DNA from: Syntrophales bacterium
GTDB taxonomy: Bacteria > Desulfobacterota > Syntrophia > Syntrophales > UBA2210
Assembly: GCA_963662405.2 (NCBI GenBank)
Contig: CAXXKT010000001.1
Span: 2,528,001-2,592,000, forward strand
DNA length: 64,000 nucleotides
Direction: 5' to 3'
The position numbers and the translations under genes are program-made. The notes under the pieces are model-generated. The model saw nothing but the letters and a program-made list of their open reading frames with translations, was not told the origin of the DNA and searched no databases. Of the stretch, positions 22,581 to 31,007 are shown in pieces. Position 1 is the stretch's first letter. Every line of letters starts with the position of its first letter.

Positions 22581-22653
22581 AAAAAAGCCGCATACCCTCG
22601 TTCCGAGGTGCGGCTTCTCACAAAAAAGCCGCGGGGTTCAGGGCCCGCGGCTT
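22581..22653 (-). terminator. Two tandem intrinsic terminators in the nifJ leader
   Basis: Minus strand AAGCCGCGGG..CCCGCGGCTTTTTT (22622-22653) then AAGCCGCACCTCGG..CGAGGGTATGCGGCTTTTTT (22581-22616). Confidence 0.85.
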
Positions 22654-22678
22654 GGTTTCTTCATTTAGTTTGGATGAA

Positions 22679-22765
22679 TCAAGCAGCTGACCCCATAAGT
22701 ACTACGGCGAGTACGTATACACGCTTAAGAGATACCGCTACTGCTTTTCCAAACGGACCGATCAT
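22679..22765 (-). CDS. Putative Val/Leu-rich attenuator leader peptide MIGPFGKAVAVSLKRVYVLAVVLMGSAA (28 aa)
   Basis: GGAAGGA RBS upstream; 6 Val codons, all GTA, plus 3 Leu; lies between a promoter and the tandem terminators. Confidence 0.75.
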   Translation of the reverse strand: MIGPFGKAVAVSLKRVYVLAVVLMGSAA

Positions 22766-22796
22766 GTATCACTATCCTTCCGTGAAGTGTGGCGCG

Positions 22797-22824
22797 ATTT
22801 TACACGAAGCGAACATATTGTCAA
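22797..22824 (-). promoter_or_regulatory. sigma70 promoter for leader peptide/nifJ
   Basis: Minus strand TTGACA-16 bp-TAAAAT. Confidence 0.7.
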
Positions 22825-22906
22825 GGTAAAATGGAAACTATTATTGGTGAGTCAATCTTTGGTGCCGTATTTCAATTAGATACAAAGACTCTTCTTTCTT
22901 TGGCGT

Positions 22907-22923
22907 GGCCTGTCACGCCGGAG
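22907..22923 (+). repeat. 17-bp copy of the tRNA-Asp anticodon arm (att-like)
   Basis: GGCCTGTCACGCCGGAG identical to 11041-11057. Confidence 0.75.
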
Positions 22924-23103
22924 ATACCTTGAGATATGGCAATTTCTTGACAAGATTGCCATCGAGAGGGTAATGACAGCGTATATTCCGTTTGATGGGC
23001 GGCAAGAGTCTCTGAACGAGACGCCCCGTGGATATCATACGCTGATCATTTCAGCCCCTCTTCCCCGGGATGAGAACCGGAGTTTCAAGGAGTCGCTTAT
23101 CGC

Positions 23104-24654
23104 ATGCAAAGACGTAAGATATTATGGGTAATCGTCATCGTATCGGCTTTGTTCTTTTTCCTTTCAGGGACGGCGTTTGCACAGGAAAAAATGATACACC
23201 GGCACGATCTCCTCGCTCAGGCCAAGGATAAGGGGAAGGTACGGGTTATTGTCACCTTCGGGGTCGCCGGTTTGGAGACGAAGCAGCGGGCATCGCGTCT
23301 GTCACGTGTTCACCCCCCGGGGGCCAAACGCTCCTCTCCCGATCTCGACGCTTTGCGCAAGGCCGATGCGGACCTGGCCGAGACGATTCGGCGGTCATCT
23401 GCCGATCTCTTTGCGGGACTGCGGCTGGACGATGCGATCACGCATGTCTTTCAAACCGTGCCGCAGGCAGTGCTCGTCGTTGATTATGACGGCCTCCTGG
23501 CACTGGAGGACAGCCCCCGGGTGACGAGGGTGGTGGAGGACAGACTGACACCGGCCCCCGACCCTCCCTCGGTAAGCACGACCAGGAAACTTCATGCCGT
23601 AGAGAGCTATGGGGTAAACATCATCAATGCCCCCCAGGCCTGGGCAAGGGGGTATGACGGAGCGGGCTGGTATGTGGCCGTGCTGGATACCGGTGTCCGC
23701 ACGAGCCACGAGATGTTCGCGGGCAAGTATATCGTGGAGGCCTGCTTCAGTACCACATGGGGGACTTTTTCATCATCTCTCTGTCCCGGCGAGGTCCCGG
23801 AAGCGGAAGGTCCCGGTTCCGCCGTTCCGCCGGATCGGTTCGGCCACGGCACCCATGTCAGCGGCATTGCGGTCGGCAACCAGCCGGGCGGCGATCAGAA
23901 GGGCGTGGCGCCCGCGGCCGGTCTCATCGCTATCCAGGTCTTCAGCTATATCCCCAGTTGGGGTGATATCGGATCTTATTCTTCCGATCAAATCAAGGGG
24001 CTGGAATATGTGTACGGCCTCCGCGCCACATACCGTATCGCCTCGGCCAACATGAGCCTGGGAGACAGTGGTTCGCATAGTAGTTACTGCGATAGTGATG
24101 CACGGCGACCGGCTATTGAGAATCTGCGGGCGGCCGGTATCGCGGTGACCATTGCCGGTGGTAATGATGGATATTGCGGAGGAGTGAACGCCCCGGCGTG
24201 CGTCTCATCCGCCGTGGCGGTGGGGGCCTCGGACTCTTTCGACGATCCCTATTCCTGGAATAACTGGCATCCGGTGATGCAGGATATTTTCGCCCCGGGT
24301 GTGTCCATCTATTCGGCAGGCGCGTGGTCCGATACGTATTATAGTACACGGTCCGGCACGAGTATGGCAGCGCCTCACGTGGCCGGGGCCTGGGCCATCT
24401 TCCGCCAGGCCGCCCCGATCGCCACGGTCGACGAGATCGAGGAGGCCATGAAGATAAGCGGCGTCATCATCGAATCAGGCTGCGACACGGAGCCGTCATC
24501 CGGCCCCCGCCTCAACGTGTCAGCCACACTGGCTTATCTCCTGACGACGTTTCCTGTTCCCACCCTGTCCGGGTGGGGGATGATCATCTTTGCGGCACTC
24601 GTGGCCGGCGCGGCGATCGTATTCATGAGGAAAAAAGACGGTATGTCTGTTTGA
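23104..24654 (+). CDS. Secreted S8 (subtilisin-like) serine peptidase with IPTL-CTERM-like anchor
   Basis: Signal peptide; catalytic VAVLDTG, HGTHVSG, GTSMAAPHVAG; C-terminal VPTLSGWGMIIF-TM-RKK. Confidence 0.92.
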   Translation: MQRRKILWVIVIVSALFFFLSGTAFAQEKMIHRHDLLAQAKDKGKVRVIVTFGVAGLETKQRASRLSRVHPPGAKRSSPDLDALRKADADLAETIRRSSADLFAGLRLDDAITHVFQTVPQAVLVVDYDGLLALEDSPRVTRVVEDRLTPAPDPPSVSTTRKLHAVESYGVNIINAPQAWARGYDGAGWYVAVLDTGVRTSHEMFAGKYIVEACFSTTWGTFSSSLCPGEVPEAEGPGSAVPPDRFGHGTHVSGIAVGNQPGGDQKGVAPAAGLIAIQVFSYIPSWGDIGSYSSDQIKGLEYVYGLRATYRIASANMSLGDSGSHSSYCDSDARRPAIENLRAAGIAVTIAGGNDGYCGGVNAPACVSSAVAVGASDSFDDPYSWNNWHPVMQDIFAPGVSIYSAGAWSDTYYSTRSGTSMAAPHVAGAWAIFRQAAPIATVDEIEEAMKISGVIIESGCDTEPSSGPRLNVSATLAYLLTTFPVPTLSGWGMIIFAALVAGAAIVFMRKKDGMSV

Positions 24655-24833
24655 TGAACTCGTCCGGATCGACGATGCCGTATATCCGAAGAAGGGGGAC
24701 TCAAAGGTGTCCGTCATAGTCGACAAGCCCGTTCATATGGGTCTCGAAACGCTTGAGGGAAACGATCGGTCGTCACGCCTCTTTACTGATATGCTTTGCA
24801 GAGTGCCCCGCGGCAAGCCACGGGGAGCTTCTC

Positions 24834-26714
24834 GTGTGCCCGGCATGGGCAGCAGCTTGGAGGTGAGAGTCCTCTACAGGTCCTGATGGTGGAAACTGTT
24901 AGCCGAGGGCAAGGGCGTCCATCGCGAGGTGGGGTCTGAAGGAAGCCGGAGGCAAAATCCCGATCCGAGGAACACGAATCGCATATCAGGCTGTATCATT
25001 GGGGCGAGCTTACGTGAGAAGGCGAAGCCCGTAGCCATCAAACGGTGATGCAGTAAATGCGGCGGATGCGGGGTGAAGGCGGCTGTTCTTACCCGGGGAG
25101 GTCTGGGAACCTGTCGGAGACGACAAGGGGTTTCGCAAGGGACTCTGAACGGTTTCCAGAAGTCAGCAGAGGCCGTATTAGGTGTGGCGCAAGCCGGGCT
25201 GAAGGGCCGAACGTGTGGTCGGTGGTGAGACTCAAGGATTCGTGGTCGTGGAGATGCGGCAACTTTCATTATTCGATGAAGGCCTTCTGTCATGTTTGAA
25301 GGGTGAAGCCCCGAGGAGAGATGGGAGGAGGTATCAAGCGGCGGCGGCATTGGAGAGATCCGAACCCATCATGGTTGACCTGATGCAGGAGGTAGTGAAC
25401 AGGGAGAACGTGATTCGCGCATGGAAACGAGTCAGGGCGAACAAGGGGAGCCCCGGCATTGACGGGATGACCGTCGATGAACTGACGGATTACCTGCGGG
25501 AACACTGGCCGCGGATTCGGGAGGAGTTGTTGACAGGGGAGTATCGCCCCCAACTGGTGAAAGAAGTAGTGATTCCGAAGCCGGGAGGCGGGACCAGACG
25601 GCTTGGTATCCCCACGGTGACGGATCGATTTATCCAGCAGGCAATTTTGCAGGTGCTCGATCCCCTGTATGATCCGACCTTTTCGGACTACAGTTATGGC
25701 TTTCGTCCTCGTCGCCGTGCTCATCAGGCGGTGAACCGAGCGAAGAGATGCATATCTGAAGGATACGAATGGGTGGTCGATATTGACCTGGAGAAGTTTT
25801 TTGACCGGGTGAACCATGACATCCTCATGGGGAGACTGGCCAAGAGGATCGGTGACAAGCGCATTCTCCGGGTTATTCGTCGGTATGTGCAGGCCGGGAT
25901 CATGGTCAATGGGGCCGTACAGGAAAGGTGGGAAGGGACGCCGCAGGGCGGACCCTTATCGCCGCTGCTGGGCAACATTCTTCTGGACGCACTGGACAAG
26001 GAGTTGGAACGGAGGGGTCACCGATTCTGCCGGTATGCGGACGATGTGAACATCTATGTCAAGTCTCAGCGCGCCGGGAAGAGGGTGTTTGAATCCATTG
26101 AGGCATTTTTGCTCAAGCGGTTGAAGCTTCGGGTGAACCGGGACAAGAGTGCGGTAGCCCGATACCATGAGCGGGGATTCTTAGGATTCGGCTTTACCTC
26201 CGGGAAACTCCTCAAGATCAAGCTGACGGGCAAGGCCCTGAGGAACTTCCGGGACCGAGTCCGGGCGATCACGAGGCGATCTCGGCGCGTCTCCATCAAC
26301 CGGATAATCGAGGAACTCCAGACGTATTTGAGAGGATGGATCGGGTATTTTCATCTGATCGAGACGTGGACGATTCTGCGGGATCTGGATAGTTGGATGC
26401 GCAGGAGGTTGCGGTGTTTCATGGTCAAACAATGGGTAAACAACTGCCATACCCGTTATAAGAACCTGATCCATCTGGGAGTAGGGAAAGATCAGGCGCG
26501 TATCGCGGCAGGGTCAAGCAAAGGACCTTGGGCGTTGTCCAACATGAAACCGCTGAAGATTGCTTTGTCCAATCGGTTTTTTGCCGAACGGGGTTTTCTT
26601 GGACTCTGGGGTCAGGCTCAAACATTGGGCAAGACTACATGAACCGCCGTGTACGGACCCGTATGCCCGGTGGTGTGGGAGGGCGAAGGCCGTGAGGCCT
26701 TCCCCTATCCCGAT
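24834..26714 (+). mobile_element. Group II intron, class IIC
   Basis: 5' GTGTGCCCGGCATGGG; short domain V GAACCGCCGTGTACGGACCCGTATGCCCGGTGGT; domain VI ending CCTATCCCGAT; inserted just after a hairpin (24805-24825). Confidence 0.92.
25371..26642 (+). CDS. ltrA: Group II intron reverse transcriptase/maturase (no endonuclease domain)
   Basis: PGIDG, RRLGIPTVTDR, GTPQGGPLSPLL, YADD, X domain; start uncertain (frame open from 25215). Confidence 0.93.
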   Translation: MVDLMQEVVNRENVIRAWKRVRANKGSPGIDGMTVDELTDYLREHWPRIREELLTGEYRPQLVKEVVIPKPGGGTRRLGIPTVTDRFIQQAILQVLDPLYDPTFSDYSYGFRPRRRAHQAVNRAKRCISEGYEWVVDIDLEKFFDRVNHDILMGRLAKRIGDKRILRVIRRYVQAGIMVNGAVQERWEGTPQGGPLSPLLGNILLDALDKELERRGHRFCRYADDVNIYVKSQRAGKRVFESIEAFLLKRLKLRVNRDKSAVARYHERGFLGFGFTSGKLLKIKLTGKALRNFRDRVRAITRRSRRVSINRIIEELQTYLRGWIGYFHLIETWTILRDLDSWMRRRLRCFMVKQWVNNCHTRYKNLIHLGVGKDQARIAAGSSKGPWALSNMKPLKIALSNRFFAERGFLGLWGQAQTLGKTT

Positions 26715-27008
26715 TTCACAATCACTCTGTCTGACATTTGTGACAGGCCCGGCATGCTCTGGTGCCCAGTTCGTTGAGATGGACCGCCATTGTCTCCGCA
26801 CCGGCCTTTGAGGTCCCCCGTAAAACCTCGTTGACGGTGGCGTTTGTATTTGCTGGTCTTTCCTGGATTCTCCAGGGAAGCAACTATCTTTATTATGATA
26901 TCTCCTCTTTTGCGTCGTTACTATGAAACTGCCGTTTATGTAAAACTGCCGGGAAACGATCCCGCCTGATGCTGGAGTGATAGTGTCATGAGGCACATTG
27001 TCACCGAC

Positions 27009-29231
27009 TCACCGGGCCTCAACACGACAGGGAACGAAGCGGTGCATGGGGGTTCCCACAAAGTCCCGATTGGTGTTTTTCGTTATTCGGTTGATGTTGA
27101 CGCCGTATTTTACGCCGTCATAGACCAGACCGAAACCGTGCGGAATGACGACGTGGCCCTTTCGTGCATCGGTGGTGACCTCTGCTTCAAAGGTCTCATG
27201 GCCGGCTTCCGTGGTGACCCTGACCATTTGTTCATCGACGATGCCGAGAGCCTCCGCATCAGCGGGATGTATCGCCAGGGTGCAAGTCCTTTTACCTTTG
27301 TTCCACGCCGGGTCTCGCATGGCGGTATTGGCGTTCATGTCCATATGCCTTCCCGCCATCAGGATCAGCGGGAAATTTCCATCCGGCCTGAGCTGCTCTT
27401 CTTCCTCGTCGGGATTTATCTTCTTGATCCAATCCTCCACTTCCGGATTATGAAGCTGAATTTTCTTGGTCGGGGTCGATATATTGGCCTCCAGGTTCTT
27501 TTCCGGATCGCGTATCCCGACCAGTACCCCTTCCGGATGGTCCATGATGGCCCGATACAGGGACAGGCCCTGATCGGGTCCGGCAGGAAAACCGGCCTTG
27601 GCCGCCTCTTCCTGTCGCGTCTTGGATGGCAGCATAAACAAGGGAAAGATACTGGCCAGATGGGCCGAACCCAAGGCCGGGCCCAGTGTTTTCGCGACGA
27701 CAAAGTGCACAGCCCCGGCATTTTCCGGCGAAGCCGTCATAAATTCCCCCAATTTCTGCCCGTATGTCTTGAGGTCGCCACTTTTGGCCGCTTCGTACAG
27801 CACATCGGGAATCGGGGGGATGAGGCCCATGGCGTCGGCCAGCATGGTGAAGATCTCGGCATTTTCCTTCTGCTCTCCCTGGGCCTCCACCACGGGACCC
27901 CGCATCCGTGCGTAAACATTTTCGAACCCCGTGCCGGGATCCCCCTCCCAGGACTCGAAAGCCGTTTTGCAGGGAAGGACGTAATGGGACAGGGCGGCCG
28001 TTTCGGTCATGGCGATCTCAGCCACTACCAGCAGGTCGAGCATTTGAAAGGCCTTTTCATAGGCCGTCGTATCGGCATAGGACCGCAGGGGATTTGCGGC
28101 CCAGCAGAGGACGGCCCGCAGGCGCTCCGGATGATCATGCATAATTTCTTCCGGCAACACATTCGGCGGGAACATGCCGTTGATGGCGGGGATATCCGTC
28201 GATAAGGTCCTCCATACCTTTGGATCCCTGGGGTCCGACCTGGATCCACCGCCCTGCAGATAATTTCCGCCCGGCACGCCGAGGCGTCCGCAAATGGCCT
28301 GTAAGACGATCAGCAGATAGGACACCAGCGCGCTGTGCCGGTTCATCAATATACCGAGATCGTCAATAATGCTTGAACGGCGCGTGGCAAATTCCCGGCA
28401 GACCCTGACGACCGTGTCATAATCAAGCTCGCAGACCTTCAGCGCCGCCCTGATGTCGAAGCCGGCAAACCAGGGCAGGATCTCGTTGAAGCCGTCCGCA
28501 TGCCTGGCAATATATTCCGCGTTCTGGAGACCTTCCTCCAGAATGATGGCAATCATGGACTTGAGCAGGAGGGCGTCCGTGCCGGGACGGATGGCCAGAT
28601 GGATATCGGCGAGTCGGGCGGTTTCCGTGAGGCGCGGGTCCACGACGACCAGAAGCCGGTCCGGGTCTTTGGACATCTTCTGCAACCGGCGCGGCGCCTG
28701 AGGAAAATGATGGGCCATCATGGGATTCTTACCGATCAGTATCAACATGTCGCAGTTCTCAAAATCCTCTTCCATCTGGATATTTTGGCTTCCCAGGGTC
28801 AGACCGTGGGCCCAATACCGGCCGGAAAACTCCTGGTTCGCCGCGGAATAGTTCCACCGTGACCCGAGCCGCCGGACGAAGCGAACGGGAAAACCTATGC
28901 TTAAAAAGGCAAACTCCCCGCCGCCGACCATCGAAGCCAAAGATCGGGAACCGTGCTGAGCAAGGATGCCTTTAAGCTTTTCGGCAATCTCGCTGATGGC
29001 CTGATCCCAGGAGATCCGCTCAAATCTATCTCCCACCTTTTTCAGGGGATACCGCAGCCGGTCCTTGTTGTGCTGATGGTAAGCGACGTTCAGCCCTTTC
29101 CGGCAGACATATCCCTCACTGATGGGGCTGTTCTTGTCACCGCGGACCTTGACAATCCGGTTGTCTTCCACCTGGACTTCCAGTCCGCACCGGTTAGCGC
29201 ACAATACACAAGCTGTTTTCTTCCACGGCAT
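27009..29231 (-). CDS. Molybdopterin-dependent oxidoreductase (DMSO reductase superfamily)
   Basis: CVLCANRCG...CRKG 4Fe-4S motif, VVDPRLTETARLAD, RPGTDA, C-terminal Mo-binding domain. Confidence 0.9.
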   Translation of the reverse strand: MPWKKTACVLCANRCGLEVQVEDNRIVKVRGDKNSPISEGYVCRKGLNVAYHQHNKDRLRYPLKKVGDRFERISWDQAISEIAEKLKGILAQHGSRSLASMVGGGEFAFLSIGFPVRFVRRLGSRWNYSAANQEFSGRYWAHGLTLGSQNIQMEEDFENCDMLILIGKNPMMAHHFPQAPRRLQKMSKDPDRLLVVVDPRLTETARLADIHLAIRPGTDALLLKSMIAIILEEGLQNAEYIARHADGFNEILPWFAGFDIRAALKVCELDYDTVVRVCREFATRRSSIIDDLGILMNRHSALVSYLLIVLQAICGRLGVPGGNYLQGGGSRSDPRDPKVWRTLSTDIPAINGMFPPNVLPEEIMHDHPERLRAVLCWAANPLRSYADTTAYEKAFQMLDLLVVAEIAMTETAALSHYVLPCKTAFESWEGDPGTGFENVYARMRGPVVEAQGEQKENAEIFTMLADAMGLIPPIPDVLYEAAKSGDLKTYGQKLGEFMTASPENAGAVHFVVAKTLGPALGSAHLASIFPLFMLPSKTRQEEAAKAGFPAGPDQGLSLYRAIMDHPEGVLVGIRDPEKNLEANISTPTKKIQLHNPEVEDWIKKINPDEEEEQLRPDGNFPLILMAGRHMDMNANTAMRDPAWNKGKRTCTLAIHPADAEALGIVDEQMVRVTTEAGHETFEAEVTTDARKGHVVIPHGFGLVYDGVKYGVNINRITKNTNRDFVGTPMHRFVPCRVEAR

Positions 29232-29252
29232 GATCTTTTCTCCTATAAATCA

Positions 29253-29960
29253 TTAAGCGTTTTTGGGGATTTCGAGGAACGGCGCCAGATTCGGGCGGTG
29301 CCGCACGTCCGTCAGGACGGGATAGCGGAAGCCGTCCGCGTGCGTGTCCCCGAGGGCCTTCATCATCAAATCCACCTTGCTCTTCGGGATCGTGAAGATC
29401 ACTTCGTGGTCCTGGGTGGATCCGAAGACCCGATCGCCGCCGGATGGAAGGATGAACTGGTTTAGATCCGTCTTGATTGTTCTTGCCACAATGTCGCCGC
29501 AACTGCCCATGCCTGTCGCGACGGTCGGTGCCATACCCCCGCCGCCGTTGACCGCCGCCTGGGCCAGACGCATGGCCTGAGCGGAATTGACGTAAAGGCA
29601 GATCATTGCCGGATCGAAATCGGCCCGGTCGATGGGTGCCGAGACCAGAGAGGCGTATTTGCCCGGCTCATGCCGCTTCTCCTCGTCGCCGGGCCGCGCC
29701 CCGGGCGGATTGTCCAGAAAGCCCATGGTGGCGTGACCGCCGACGCAGCACTGATCCTCTTTTCCGACGGCGATGGTCCAGCCGTAGCGTCGGGACAGGG
29801 CCACGGCCTGGCAGAGGGCGATCTGATAACCCAGATCCTTGACGGGGGTTCTGACCTTGGCCGGGAGGGCTTCGTGGGCCGTGTACAGTTTGATGGCAAC
29901 AGAAAAGGTTTGAGGCCTGATATACGTATTTAATATGTCGCTGACGTGTTTTAAATCCAT
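29253..29960 (-). CDS. DUF169 family protein
   Basis: LCQAVALSRRYG, QCCVGG, GSCGD, PSGGDRVFG pattern typical of DUF169. Confidence 0.8.
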   Translation of the reverse strand: MDLKHVSDILNTYIRPQTFSVAIKLYTAHEALPAKVRTPVKDLGYQIALCQAVALSRRYGWTIAVGKEDQCCVGGHATMGFLDNPPGARPGDEEKRHEPGKYASLVSAPIDRADFDPAMICLYVNSAQAMRLAQAAVNGGGGMAPTVATGMGSCGDIVARTIKTDLNQFILPSGGDRVFGSTQDHEVIFTIPKSKVDLMMKALGDTHADGFRYPVLTDVRHRPNLAPFLEIPKNA

Positions 29961-30058
29961 GGCATTCTCCCTTTTTTTGATAGACGAAACGCCTGCTCTC
30001 GCAGTGGCTTTTCGCTGGCCTTTTAACCGGCGATATGCCGGTGCCGCGGGGAATCTGT

Positions 30059-30769
30059 TTACTGAAAAGTCGGTAACCCCGAAGCCGTTCCAGCTTCCTT
30101 TTCTAAGATTCCAAAAGTCTTCATGAATTCTTCGGTTTTCTCCGGAGTGCCCTCAATCGTCAAGGTCTGAGCCAGGCGGCTCCGTTCAGAGCGGGGAGAT
30201 GTAAACACCGTTGCCCACGTTTCCGGCGTTGTCGTGACGGTGACATCGGCATGGGCATGGGCATGGGCATGGGCATGGGGATTCTCCTCCTTGCTGCTTG
30301 TCCAACCGTCATTACCGAAGGAAAGCGTGTACATCGCCTGAGGGAATCGCAGGGCCCATGTTGCCTGACGATTCAGTCGCTTCCCTCGTTTATTGAGATA
30401 AAAAATCAGTCCCCTCATCATTAAATCCGGATGCACAACCTCGCCGGGAAGGGGCGGCCGCATGGCCCACCGAATCCCCCAGGTAATAAGTGCCTCAACA
30501 ACAGGTGCCAGATCGCGACCGGCAGGAGTCAGGTCGTACCAGACTTCGCGTCGTCCGGGCTTGTTGTCGCGCACGACGATCCCCGCCGCTTCCAGATCCC
30601 GAAGGCGCTGGGTCAGCCATTTCGGCGTGATATTATTTAAATAGGCAAGGAGGTCCGTAAAACGTTGAGGTTCCCGCAAGAGATCGCGGATGATGAGCAA
30701 GGACCACTTATCGCCGATCTTCTCAAGCGCGCGGGCAACGGGACAAAAATGCCGATAAGATTGAGTCAT
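30059..30769 (-). CDS. HxlR-family winged-helix regulator with C-terminal SCP2-like extension
   Basis: FCPVARALEKIGDKWSLLIIRDLL, LTQRLRDLE, YDLTPAG. Confidence 0.88.
   Translation of the reverse strand: MTQSYRHFCPVARALEKIGDKWSLLIIRDLLREPQRFTDLLAYLNNITPKWLTQRLRDLEAAGIVVRDNKPGRREVWYDLTPAGRDLAPVVEALITWGIRWAMRPPLPGEVVHPDLMMRGLIFYLNKRGKRLNRQATWALRFPQAMYTLSFGNDGWTSSKEENPHAHAHAHAHADVTVTTTPETWATVFTSPRSERSRLAQTLTIEGTPEKTEEFMKTFGILEKEAGTASGLPTFQ
30248..30277 (-). repeat. (GGCATG)5 hexamer tandem repeat encoding (His-Ala)5
   Basis: Direct reading; protein NPHAHAHAHAHADV. Confidence 0.9.
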
Positions 30770-31007
30770 ACAGAAGTCCTTTACAAAGTATAGTATCTAA
30801 TAGATAGTAAAGCGTCGGTGATATGTCAATACAAATATTTGCTCATGGATTTTGTGTTCCATGTGCATTGGATCATCCCCTGACCGTCTGAAGAAATATC
30901 TCTTGACAAGATATCGTCTGAGGGTTAGTCGGGTCAGGGTGTCTATTGTTCCCGTCGGGGTTTCTTTGAAGACCCCGATACCTGATGAAACAGAGAACCG
31001 TTTCCAT

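Noticed and set aside
22990..23100. Possible c-di-GMP riboswitch (GGCAAGAGTCTC..GAGACGCCC) before the S8 protease
   Set aside because: Lacks the GNRA tetraloop/receptor and second stem expected for c-di-GMP-I; only a generic hairpin
24874..25350. ORFs within the 5' part of the intron
   Set aside because: They fall in ribozyme domains I-III of the group II intron
25371..26642. RT as part of a retron, DGR or defence system
   Set aside because: It has flanking group II intron termini, domain V/VI and a maturase X domain; no template/variable repeat pair or msr-msd seen
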